A stretch of 64,000 nt of DNA from an uncultured cyanobacterium (GCA_963697335.1 CAVONQ010000002.1:1-64000), one strand, 5' to 3'. Positions 1 to 8,661 are shown, counted from the stretch's first letter. Notes: generated by a model from the sequence alone, not told the origin. Numbers and translations: made by a program.

Positions 1-268
1 GCAGCCACGATCTTATCCGAAGTTGAACAAGCCTGCAGCTCTGGGGCCAAGGGCTTACTGCAGAAACATCCGGCGGTATTTCATAATGGCTTTATCTTCT
101 GCCATGGGTAGAAACACCTGTCCTGCCCAAACCATTTCTGTGATGACTGTCTCCTGCTCAGCTTAGGGGCGCAGCCGAGCCTCCAGGCCAGTTCTCTCCT
201 TCTGAACCAGCCTGGATAGGGCAAGTAGGGCTATGGGCAGGCTTATCTTGCGCCCCTTCCGTGAGCGT

Positions 269-1327
269 TTAGCTGAGCAGTGGTCTCATTCCCCGCACAC
301 GCACAGCCAGGACTTCCATCACGCCGCCGCACTGGGGACACAGCACCGCTGGCTTGTGGCTCCGCTCAGAGCGATCGGGTAGCACGACCCTCAGCAGGAG
401 TTGCACCAACTGGATCAGGCGCTTGCCGTTGCCATGCAGCAGGCCAAAATCACGTACGCGCCGAAATCTTCTTGGCAGCACATGCCTCAGCAGCAGCCAG
501 AGGAAGTCACCACCTGAGATGGTCTGGATGATCTCCTTTCCCGCATTGTCCTTGGTGCGGAATGTCACCATCCCATCCTCGTCAGAGAGAATGTTCTTCT
601 CTGGCAGGACTCCACGGTAGAGGTAGCGTCCAAGATAGATCAGTGCCTTCTCGCCACGGCCCACTGATTTGCAGTGCACCACCCACTCTCGTGGGATCGT
701 GCTTTTGACCTGCAGGCCTAACTGTCGCATCCCCTCAAACCATTTTGCACGGAATACCCTGGCAAGGTTGGCCTCAGGAAACAGATAGCCCTTGGCTTTG
801 CGGCGCCATTCCCTTCTTTGCTCATGGATCGCACCTGCAGGTACAATCAGATGCACGTGAGGATGGTAGTCAAGTCGGCGGTTGTGCGTGTGCAGCACTG
901 CGTGCGCTCCGATCTTGCCGCTGAGCTTTGGATCACGGCGAGCGAAGGAATCGATCGTTTGCCAGCACGTTCTCAGCAGCAGATCATAGGTTGCTCTTTG
1001 ATGCTGCCAGAACACCGGCCTCAGCTCAGCCGGCACCGTGAAGGTGATCAGGAAATACTCCACCGGCAGCAGCTTGGCTCGTTGTCGTTCAATCCACTGC
1101 TGGCTTTCATGATGCTGGCAATGGGGGCAACTGCGATGGCCACAGGAATGGGGGATCTTGGCGCTGTGCTCACAATTGGAACATTGCAGCACCATCAGGT
1201 CGCTGCCTTGTCGGCGGCAGCGCCGCATCGCTTGCAGGGCCTGGCGATGACTCGGCAGTAGCTGAGGACCATGAAGCCGCTCCAAGTCGCCCTGGTAGCG
1301 CTCCACCAAGTGGGAGAGAAGAATCAT
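269..1327 (-). CDS. IS91-family rolling-circle (Y2) transposase
   Basis: N-terminal Zn-binding region (CSNC...SCGHRSCPHC), HUH motif HPHVH, YLGRY (Y-x3-Y), RVRDFGLL, C-terminal CPQC. Confidence 0.95.
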   Translation of the reverse strand: MILLSHLVERYQGDLERLHGPQLLPSHRQALQAMRRCRRQGSDLMVLQCSNCEHSAKIPHSCGHRSCPHCQHHESQQWIERQRAKLLPVEYFLITFTVPAELRPVFWQHQRATYDLLLRTCWQTIDSFARRDPKLSGKIGAHAVLHTHNRRLDYHPHVHLIVPAGAIHEQRREWRRKAKGYLFPEANLARVFRAKWFEGMRQLGLQVKSTIPREWVVHCKSVGRGEKALIYLGRYLYRGVLPEKNILSDEDGMVTFRTKDNAGKEIIQTISGGDFLWLLLRHVLPRRFRRVRDFGLLHGNGKRLIQLVQLLLRVVLPDRSERSHKPAVLCPQCGGVMEVLAVRVRGMRPLLS

Positions 1328-2232
1328 GATTCCTCCGCCCAGCGCAGCTGGAAGCCGTTCAGCAGCGTTTCAATGCGATCACCGGTGTGATCGCGCACCA
1401 CCTGGGTGATGTGGGCGTAGCGGGCCGTGGTGTTGCTATGGCTGTGGCCGAGCAGGGATTGGATCAGGCGCAGGTCCATTCCCTGCTCCAGCAGGTGGGT
1501 GGCATAGGCATGGCGCAGCGAGTGCACCGTGAGTCGCTTCTCGATCCCACACTCCAGCCGGGCTGCTCTGAGGGCTGCCTGCACACCGCTGGCATCCATC
1601 GGTGCACTGGCGATCCGCACGATGAACTGGCTGCCGGCCGGACTGGGAAAGAGCAGCCGCGGATGGCGGTGGGTCGTCCAGAAGCGACGCATGGCCTGCA
1701 GCGTCAGCACCGGTATCGGTACGTAGCGATCCTTGCCTCCCTTGCCATCGCGGATGTGCACGCGCCGCTGGCTGCCATCAATGTCCGCCACCTCCAGCGC
1801 CAGGCCCTCGCCGATCCGCAGGCCAAGGCTGTAGACCACCAGCAGGAAAATCCGATAGCGCAACTTGCGCACCGTATTGATCAGCCGATGCACTTCCTCG
1901 CGGGTGGGAACATCTGGCAGACTGCGCACACGTGGCGGGCGGATGATCTTGATCCACTCCATCTCGCGATCAAGCACATAGCGGTGGAAGAATTGCAGAC
2001 TGCAGAGATCAATCTTAATCGTGCTCCACGAATACTGCTCCAGCAAAGCAGTGAAGTACCCTTTCAAGTCATCAGGGCTGAGATCATCGGGGCAACGATT
2101 GAAATGGCCAGCCACGCGCCGCAACGTTCGGCTGTAGCTGTCAATTGTCTTGCTGCGTAAGCCGTGCAGCCTCATCGCCTTTACGTTCGCGTCAAACAGG
2201 CGATCAAAGCGCTCCTGTTCAGTAGGATCCAT
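1324..2232 (-). CDS. Tyrosine recombinase / site-specific integrase
   Basis: Catalytic set intact: GLRIGE (R), GKGGKDR (K), HSLRH, LGH, TARY (Y). Overlaps the transposase start by 4 bp (ATGA). Confidence 0.95.
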   Translation of the reverse strand: MDPTEQERFDRLFDANVKAMRLHGLRSKTIDSYSRTLRRVAGHFNRCPDDLSPDDLKGYFTALLEQYSWSTIKIDLCSLQFFHRYVLDREMEWIKIIRPPRVRSLPDVPTREEVHRLINTVRKLRYRIFLLVVYSLGLRIGEGLALEVADIDGSQRRVHIRDGKGGKDRYVPIPVLTLQAMRRFWTTHRHPRLLFPSPAGSQFIVRIASAPMDASGVQAALRAARLECGIEKRLTVHSLRHAYATHLLEQGMDLRLIQSLLGHSHSNTTARYAHITQVVRDHTGDRIETLLNGFQLRWAEES

Positions 2233-2409
2233 CGAAGTGGCTTCCCGTTGGGAAGATGAAGGGAATCAACGCATCAGTCGATGCGCATCCCTCAGTGTCT
2301 TCCCGGAATCAGTCGCCAGCCACAACCCAGCGGGGGCTGCTCAGCTCTCGCCCTGAGCATCATTCTGCGACATGCCCTCAAGGCGCAGAGCCTTGAATTG
2401 ACAAGAGTT

Positions 2410-2418
2410 TGCTATAAT
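2410..2418 (+). promoter_or_regulatory. Outward-facing extended -10 promoter element (TGCTATAAT)
   Basis: Exact TGnTATAAT, 37 bp inside the right end of the element. Confidence 0.5.
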
Positions 2419-2455
2419 CGTTCTTGGAATCTGCCGCGCAGCGGCTTAGTTCAAC

Positions 2456-2973
2456 GGATCAAAGGCCGCAAATCATCGATCATTCAGCTCAAGGGAGGTC
2501 CCAGCTGGCTGAACCAGCCGGTGTCCTGGAGCGCCACCATGCAGGTGTCCTCGCTGAAGCAACGGCAAGCCGCCGCTGAGGGCAGGGCCAACCCCCGCGA
2601 CATCGTCACAGGCTTCCGGGTGAACAACGCCATGGCCCGCAACTGGATCTTCAAGGGCTCCAGGGGCAGCGACCTGATCGACTTTCAATCTCAGGCTGGA
2701 GCGATCACCAAGCGCTCCCAGAGTGTGATCAACTTCGGCAAGGATGAAGTGCGCGATCAATTCTTCTTCACCAACAACACCAAGACCCATGGACCGTTCA
2801 ACCACATGCAGAACTTCGTGATCCGCGACTTCGGCCTCCAAGATCGGGTCACCCTGCGCAACATCGGCCGCAGCTTCGGCTTCAACGATCTGGTGTCCTA
2901 CGGCAACGGCGTGATGGGCTTCTCTGGTGTGGATCCCACCAAGCTGCGGGTGGTGCCGATCTCGGGGCTCTGA
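2456..2973 (+). pseudogene. 3' part of a hypothetical gene apparently interrupted by the element
   Basis: Host-like codon usage starts right after 2455; the ORF-track N-terminus (2281-2455) lies inside the element. Translation could restart at ATG 2539. Confidence 0.55.
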
Positions 2974-3099
2974 TCCCGATCGAGAGCTGCGCGCGCAGGG
3001 TGTGGCAACGCTGAGCAGTGCCCTGCGCCCTGCTCGCCCGTGGCTCTCCGCTTGAGCCGGCGTCGCCGCCACCGGTCCCTTTGCTGGCCACCAGTTCCC

Positions 3100-3705
3100 A
3101 TGGCGGCCTCAGCGGGTTTTCTGTTGCCGCTGGCCTCCACGGCCTCATTGGTTCTGGTGCTCAGCAGCCTGTCGTTGCAGGCCATGGCCCTGCAGGAGCG
3201 GCGCCAGGTGGCCATGCGCCAGCGCCTGCAGGGCCGAGAGGATCGGCTGCTGGCCGCGGCCCAGGCCGTGGCCGGCGGCCTGCAACGCCGCCACCGTTGC
3301 CTGATCGCCCTGCCGCAGGCGGCCTGGGTGTTGCCTGGGCAGCAGGCCAGTGCCTGCGCCAAGGAGGGTGACGTTCAGGCCTTGATGACGGGGGAGTCGC
3401 CCGTTGCCGCTGCTCCCTACTCCCTGCTGCAGTACTGCCCGCAGCTGGCCCCACCGCCCGAACCGCCGGACCAGTCCTCTGCAGACCCTGAGGCGCCCCA
3501 GCTGCCCGAGCCGATGCTGGAGGCCCAGCTGCTGCTGGAGATCCTGGAGCAGGATGGGGCTGCCTATCGCTCAGCCGCCCGGTTGCTGTGGAGCTGGGGA
3601 CCTGGCCCCACACCGCGTCTGCGAGGCTTCCAACATCTGGGGCTGCGCAGCGCTGAGGAGCCGGTGCCGTCCTGTTCCCTGGCGGCCGCGGCGGGCAACC
3701 CGTGA
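3100..3705 (+). CDS. PilX/GspK-like minor pilin
   Basis: AG|FLLPL followed by a hydrophobic helix, no Glu+5; first gene of the prepilin cluster. Start uncertain (3040 or 3100). Confidence 0.6.
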   Translation: MAASAGFLLPLASTASLVLVLSSLSLQAMALQERRQVAMRQRLQGREDRLLAAAQAVAGGLQRRHRCLIALPQAAWVLPGQQASACAKEGDVQALMTGESPVAAAPYSLLQYCPQLAPPPEPPDQSSADPEAPQLPEPMLEAQLLLEILEQDGAAYRSAARLLWSWGPGPTPRLRGFQHLGLRSAEEPVPSCSLAAAAGNP

Positions 3706-4148
3706 GCCTGGTGGAGTTGATGGTGTCGGCGGCGGTGTTCACTGCCTCGGCGACCTGCTCGTTGCAGCTGTGGAGTTCCACCAGCCAATGGAGCTTGGGT
3801 TCGGAGCGCCAGCTGCAGGCCCAGCAACAGCTGGACCAGGAGCTGCTGGCCGTGGAAGCTGGGTTGCAGCAGCGGGCGGGGCAGCAGCTGTACGCCGATT
3901 GCCGCAGCGCCGCCCAGTCTCTGCTGCTGGCCGCGGCGGCTCGGCCGGATGCTCTGCCGAGCGAGCCCGTGGAGGTGAAGGTGCGCCACGCCGACCAGGA
4001 AGGCCGACTCCAGGTGCGGGCCCACGCCCCAGCCGCAGGCCTCAGCCGCGAGCTTCAGCTCGATCCCGCCGCCTACGGCCTATGCGGTGCTGTGGACCCG
4101 GACGACGACGCTAGGGCGCCTGAAGCCGCGCAGGAGGAGCCCGGATGA
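3702..4148 (+). CDS. Minor pilin-like protein
   Basis: Begins (M/V)SLVELMV with Glu+5 and a hydrophobic helix; GTGA overlap with the upstream gene. Confidence 0.7.
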   Translation: MSLVELMVSAAVFTASATCSLQLWSSTSQWSLGSERQLQAQQQLDQELLAVEAGLQQRAGQQLYADCRSAAQSLLLAAAARPDALPSEPVEVKVRHADQEGRLQVRAHAPAAGLSRELQLDPAAYGLCGAVDPDDDARAPEAAQEEPG

Positions 4149-4645
4149 AGGTGCACGGCCAGCCTGCCTTGGGCACCTCCCGCTGCTCCAGCGCCGGCTT
4201 TTCGCTGGTGGAGGCGCTGATGGTGCTCACCCTGCTGGGCCTGATGGCGGCCCTGGTGATCGACAGCGGTCGCCGCCAGCTGGCGGCGGTAAAAGTGGAG
4301 TCGGCCGCCCGGCGGCTGGGCACCCTGCTGGAGCACAGCCGCGAGCGGGCCGAGGGCAGCCGCCAGCCGCTGGATCTGCCCCTGCACGGGGAGGAGGGCC
4401 TGGAGGCCCGGGTGCGGGAGGGCGACGCCAGCCTGCAGCTCGATCACACCCTTCCACCGCTGCTGCGCTTCACGGCCAACGGCCTGGCGATCGATGGCGG
4501 CACCGCCGTGATCGGCAGCGCCGGCACCGACCTGCGCCGCTGCCTTGTGATGTCCCCGCCCCTGGGGATCGTGCGGGTGGGCCGTTATCAAGGCGATCCA
4601 GGCACCCTGGCCAGTGACGCCTGCCTGCCAGACCCCAGCCTCTGA
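4145..4645 (+). CDS. FimT/GspH-like minor pilin
   Basis: AG|FSLVEALMVLTLLG prepilin cleavage/methylation motif. Confidence 0.8.
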   Translation: MKVHGQPALGTSRCSSAGFSLVEALMVLTLLGLMAALVIDSGRRQLAAVKVESAARRLGTLLEHSRERAEGSRQPLDLPLHGEEGLEARVREGDASLQLDHTLPPLLRFTANGLAIDGGTAVIGSAGTDLRRCLVMSPPLGIVRVGRYQGDPGTLASDACLPDPSL

Positions 4646-4654
4646 TCCTGAAGC

Positions 4655-5254
4655 ATGGGCCTACGCCGCCGCTGGTCCCTGGGCCCTGCCGCCCGCCGCC
4701 CGGGCCGCCGCTCGGCCCGGGGCTTTTCACTGGTGGAGCTGTCGCTCACCCTGCTGCTGAGTTCGGTGCTCAGCACGTTGATGCTGCAGCTGCTGCTGAA
4801 CGAGGGCCGCAGCGGCCAAAAGCTGGCCCGGCTGCTGCGGGAACGCCAGGCCAGCGCTCGGGCCTTGCAGCTGATCCGCGCCGAGGTGCAGCAGGCCAGG
4901 GACGTGCGGCTGGGCGCGGCCATCCAGGCCGGCAGGGCCGGCACCTGCGCCAGGGCCGGGCGGCAACTGGTGCTGCAGCTCCACTCCCCCGCCGGCACGA
5001 TCACCTACGCACGAGGCCCCGCCGGCGATGCCATCTGGCGGGGGGAGGTGGTGTGGCGCTGCGGACCCTCCTACGACCGCCTGGGAGGGCTCACGTCTGC
5101 CGCCCCCCAGACCCGCGTTCTGATCGACGGCCTGCAGCCCGGCGAGGGTCTGGAGGTGACCTCGCAGCCGGGCGTAGTGCAGGTTCGGTTAGATCGCCTC
5201 GGAGGCCGCTGGACCATCCAGGCGATCGCCGGAGTGGGCGAGGCACTCCCTTGA
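4655..5254 (+). CDS. PilW-like minor pilin
   Basis: Basic leader then RG|FSLVELSLTLLL. Confidence 0.8.
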   Translation: MGLRRRWSLGPAARRPGRRSARGFSLVELSLTLLLSSVLSTLMLQLLLNEGRSGQKLARLLRERQASARALQLIRAEVQQARDVRLGAAIQAGRAGTCARAGRQLVLQLHSPAGTITYARGPAGDAIWRGEVVWRCGPSYDRLGGLTSAAPQTRVLIDGLQPGEGLEVTSQPGVVQVRLDRLGGRWTIQAIAGVGEALP

Positions 5255-5324
5255 GCTCAGGGCGGGCTGGCACCCTCAAGGAGGCAGCGGCTCAGTCCCC
5301 AAGGGCGGTGAGGTTACATGAATA

Positions 5325-5362
5325 AGGCCTGAAACTCCGGGGGAATCGGATGCTTCAGGCCT
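5325..5362. terminator. Hairpin between convergent pilin genes
   Basis: AGGCCTGAA...TTCAGGCCT with inner TCCG/CGGA pairing. Confidence 0.55.
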
Positions 5363-5425
5363 CAAAATTGTGCCGATGTATCGTGAAAACTCTGCATTTA
5401 CCCTCAGGGGAGAACCCTGAAGGAT

Positions 5426-5902
5426 TCAGTTACGGGTTGGGATGCAGGAAGGGGCCGTGCCTGCATCCCAACCAGCTGCTGCTGCGCAAGTTGTGAGGCT
5501 TGTTGCTCCATTGGGAGTGACAGTGGCAACGGGCTCTGTTGTGACGTTGAAGTCATCTGCAGTTGCGGTGAAAGCAACCTGTGTTCCTGCTGCAGGGCAA
5601 GGACCGCCGCTGATGTTTCCAGGAATGTCCAAGGCAGCCTGCTCGCCCGTCACCTGGGCAGCAGTGCAGGCGCGTGCCACATCCATGACGGCCATCTGGG
5701 CCGCATTGATGCGGGCCCTGCCCTGCTGGTTGAGGAAGGCGGGGATCGCAACCGCCGAAAGCACCCCGATGATGATCACTACGATCAAGAGTTCCATCAA
5801 GGTGAAGCCGGCCGCCTCGCCCTTGTGTTTTTTAGAAGAGAGGCTCAGGGCCTGGATCAGGGCTCGCTGGGCCAGCAACCTGGTCTGCAGAGAAGTGGTC
5901 AT
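5426..5902 (-). CDS. pilA: Type IV major pilin-like protein
   Basis: AG|FTLMELLIVVIIIGVLSAVAIPAFLNQ; C-terminal Cys pair; hairpin just after the stop (about 5402-5423). Confidence 0.85.
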   Translation of the reverse strand: MTTSLQTRLLAQRALIQALSLSSKKHKGEAAGFTLMELLIVVIIIGVLSAVAIPAFLNQQGRARINAAQMAVMDVARACTAAQVTGEQAALDIPGNISGGPCPAAGTQVAFTATADDFNVTTEPVATVTPNGATSLTTCAAAAGWDAGTAPSCIPTRN

Positions 5903-6030
5903 GGTGAAGATCTGCTCTCGGAAGCACGAACGACATTCAGTGTTGACATGCGCAGCTCGTTTGCCAAGACGGCTGTCACGAAGGGCCGAACCGGGCGGGG
6001 GTTGAATGGGCCCACCCGATCCGCGCCTGA

Positions 6031-6894
6031 GTGCCCTTCCGCTGGCAACCCACCACCCTCTCGGCCCGCATGGCCCGCTGGGGGGTGGTGATCGTGCTCA
6101 CCTATGCCCTGGTGGCCGTGCTCACGCCGCTGCTGGTGCAGCTCGGCTGGCTGCCGGACCCCAACGCCGGCCTGCAGAACCCCATCTACGCGCCGCCGTC
6201 GCCGGCCCACTGGTGCGGCACCGACCGGCTCGGCCGCGACGTGTGCGTGCGGACCCTCGCGGCCAGCGGCGTGGCCCTGCAGGTGGTGGCCCTGGCCCTG
6301 GTGGTGGCGCTGATCGTGGGCGTGCCCCTCGGCATGGTGAGCGGCTACCTGGGTGGCTGGGTGGACCGGCTGCTGGTGCTGCTGATGGACACCCTCTACA
6401 CCTTGCCGGTGCTGCTGCTCTCGGTGGTGCTGGCCTTCCTGCTGGGCCGAGGCCTGCCCAATGCCGCCGCAGCCCTCTGCGTGGTGTACATCCCCCAGTA
6501 CTTCCGGGTGGTGCGCAACCAGACGGCCCAGGTCAAGGCCGAGCTCTACGTGGAGGCGGCCCGCTCCCTGGGCGCCGGGCCAGCCTGGATCCTGCGCCAC
6601 TACCTGTTCCGCAACGTGATCACATCGGTGCCGGTGCTGCTCACCCTCAACGCCGCCGATGCGGTGCTGGTGCTGGGGGGCCTGGGCTTTCTGGGGCTGG
6701 GCCTGCCGGAAACCATCCCCGAGTGGGGCGGCGACCTGCAACAGGCCCTCACGGCGCTGCCCACAGGCATCTGGTGGACCGCCCTCTACCCCGGCCTGGC
6801 CATGTTCGTGCTGGTGCTGGGGCTGTCGTTCCTGGGGGAGGGTCTGGAGAGCTGGCTGAGCGGCAACGCCCAAGCCGGCCGCGCGGCGCGCTGA
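6031..6894 (+). CDS. Peptide/nickel ABC transporter permease (DppC/OppC family)
   Basis: HWCGTDRLGRD motif, EAA loop YVEAARSLGA, PEWG motif. Confidence 0.9.
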   Translation: MPFRWQPTTLSARMARWGVVIVLTYALVAVLTPLLVQLGWLPDPNAGLQNPIYAPPSPAHWCGTDRLGRDVCVRTLAASGVALQVVALALVVALIVGVPLGMVSGYLGGWVDRLLVLLMDTLYTLPVLLLSVVLAFLLGRGLPNAAAALCVVYIPQYFRVVRNQTAQVKAELYVEAARSLGAGPAWILRHYLFRNVITSVPVLLTLNAADAVLVLGGLGFLGLGLPETIPEWGGDLQQALTALPTGIWWTALYPGLAMFVLVLGLSFLGEGLESWLSGNAQAGRAAR

Positions 6895-6994
6895 GGCCCT
6901 GCCCACCGCAGCGCCCCCTGGCCCTGCCCCAGCGCCAATCGCCCATCGGCACCAGAATGGAAGTTCTTGCGTGGCCCGGGCCGGGCGCTGCCGA

Positions 6995-7276
6995 ATGCCC
7001 TGGTGGTTGGATCTGGTGTTGCTCAGCCTGGCCGCGACGCTCTGGTTCAGCGGCGGCGCTGATCGTGACGACGTCTGGAGCCTGCTGCAGCGCCTGCTGG
7101 CGGGGGTGGCAGTGGCGGTGGTGCTGCTGGGTGGCCGCCAGATCCCCCTGGAGCTGCTGGGCCTGGGGGTGGCCCTGTGGCTGCCCAGCGCCGGCAGCCG
7201 CCGCCTCTCCAGTGCCGATCCCTCCGTCCTGCTGGAGGGCCGCCGCGCCCAGGCCGGTCGCCCCGGCGGGCGCTGA
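6995..7276 (+). CDS. Small hypothetical membrane protein
   Basis: MPWWLDLVLL..., three hydrophobic segments, host codon usage. Confidence 0.6.
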   Translation: MPWWLDLVLLSLAATLWFSGGADRDDVWSLLQRLLAGVAVAVVLLGGRQIPLELLGLGVALWLPSAGSRRLSSADPSVLLEGRRAQAGRPGGR

Positions 7277-7306
7277 GGGGATCCCCCAGGGCGGCAACCA
7301 CAGCCC

Positions 7307-8002
7307 TCAGCGGCCCGCCTGGGCTGGGTCGGCGGAGGTCATGGCGGCCTTGAGCAGCTGTTCGGTCAGGCCATCCGCGTCAGCGACGGCATCGAGGCCC
7401 GGGGCGGCATTGCCCAGCAGCTGGGGTGAGGTGGCGAGGTTTTCCAAGAGCCTGGTCAGGAACATCCCATGGTCTTGCAACATCGAGGGGGCCAGGCTGC
7501 CGCGACGGCCGCCGATGCACCAGTCGAGACCACCTGCTGCGTTACTGATCAGTACCGCCGGTCGCTGGGGGAGGGTGTCGTGGCGATGCACCTGCGCCGG
7601 ATCCGTGCTTGCAAAGAAGATCTCAGCCTCCATGCTGGTGCAATGGATGAGCTGAGCGGCCCAGGCCAGCGGTTGGATGCGACGCAGCACCTCAGCGGTC
7701 GGCGGGGACTGGGGCGGCAAGTGCCAGCGTTCTGGTTGCCAGTCCAGATCGAGAGCCACCGAAACGCCGCTCGGGATGGCACGTTCCAGGATCATGTTGA
7801 CGACCTGCATGTTCGAGGCATCGATCACCGCATTGCTTGAGATCAGCAACCAGAAGGATGGCTTGATCTCAGCCAGCAGGGCCTCTGTGAGGGCCGCCGG
7901 ACTGTCGGAAGTGGAACCATCAAGCAGCGCTCGGGAGAGATCGAACACCGATGGGTGTCGACTCGCCTCGGCTGTGCGGCTGGGCGCAGTGGTGTAAGTC
8001 AT
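7307..8002 (-). CDS. Degenerate PfkB/ribokinase-like protein
   Basis: VALDLDWQPERW, LIHCTSMEAE and VLISNAAGG resemble the PfkB core, but the DTxGAGD motif is absent. Confidence 0.6.
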   Translation of the reverse strand: MTYTTAPSRTAEASRHPSVFDLSRALLDGSTSDSPAALTEALLAEIKPSFWLLISSNAVIDASNMQVVNMILERAIPSGVSVALDLDWQPERWHLPPQSPPTAEVLRRIQPLAWAAQLIHCTSMEAEIFFASTDPAQVHRHDTLPQRPAVLISNAAGGLDWCIGGRRGSLAPSMLQDHGMFLTRLLENLATSPQLLGNAAPGLDAVADADGLTEQLLKAAMTSADPAQAGR

Positions 8003-8059
8003 CGTGATGGAAAGCGGAGGACAGAGGGCGGCTTGCTGGGGGGAGCCCAGCGTTGGCGA

Positions 8060-8410
8060 TCAGCTCTGTTTGCTCACAAACTCGTGGAAGCGCTGGGAAA
8101 GATCCTGAAAGAAGCTGTCGCTTTGCTGCAGCAGCGATTCCCAGCTGTCCTGGGTGGACTGCTGGAGGTTCTCCAGCTGGACACGGGCCTGATCCCGGGC
8201 CTGGCGCAGCTCGGCAAGCCGCTTTTCGGTTTCTGCACGAACGTTCTCGGCAGCGGACTCCAGGCCCAGCTGCAGTTGCTCGATCTGTACGGACCAGGCC
8301 TCGATCTGGGCCTGCTTCTTCTCAAGGATCGCCTGGCGCAGCTGTTCGTTGGCGCGTTGCTGATCCACGTCGCTGCGGATGGTCGGCATCGGGTTGTTGG
8401 TGGGGGTCAT
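8060..8410 (-). CDS. Coiled-coil protein, sll1863-like stress-protein family
   Basis: QAQIEAWSVQIEQL...LQQSTQDSWESL pattern, Q/E-rich heptads. Confidence 0.65.
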   Translation of the reverse strand: MTPTNNPMPTIRSDVDQQRANEQLRQAILEKKQAQIEAWSVQIEQLQLGLESAAENVRAETEKRLAELRQARDQARVQLENLQQSTQDSWESLLQQSDSFFQDLSQRFHEFVSKQS

Positions 8411-8633
8411 GGATGTTTCTGCTGATGGGCAATAACGGATTCGTCCCAGCCCGCGGTTCTCCTGTGGAGGTGTCTGGAAGGAAACGCCAGATCAGCGCCG
8501 GAAGGCGCAAAGGCAACTGCGAAATCCGCTTCTGAAAACCAGAGATCCAGCGCTCACGCGAACATTGCCACAGCTATTGGCAAGCGCAGATGAGCAACAT
8601 GGGTCGGATGCAGGCGGGGCGTCCGTTATTTCA

Positions 8634-8661
8634 ACCATAACACTAAATCGACGCTTGTCAA
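8634..8661 (-). promoter_or_regulatory. Candidate sigma70-type promoter
   Basis: TTGACA-16 bp-TATGGT with a TG extension on the minus strand, about 220 bp upstream of the 8410 start. Confidence 0.4.

Larger units (their letters stand above)
22..2455 (-). mobile_element. IS91-family-like element carrying a tyrosine recombinase and a Y2/HUH transposase
   Basis: Two coupled mobility genes, visibly more AT-rich than the host. Bounded by imperfect inverted repeats GTTGAACAAGCC (22-33) and GGCTTAGTTCAAC (2443-2455). Boundaries are inferred from these repeats. Confidence 0.8.

Noticed and set aside
2398..2418. TTGACA...TATAAT as a perfect consensus sigma70 promoter
   Set aside because: The spacer is 9 bp rather than about 17; only the extended -10 is retained.
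1324..2455. Integron (IntI with attI/attC cassettes)
   Set aside because: I see no IntI-specific insertion in the recombinase and no attC array; only the terminal heptamers resemble core sites.
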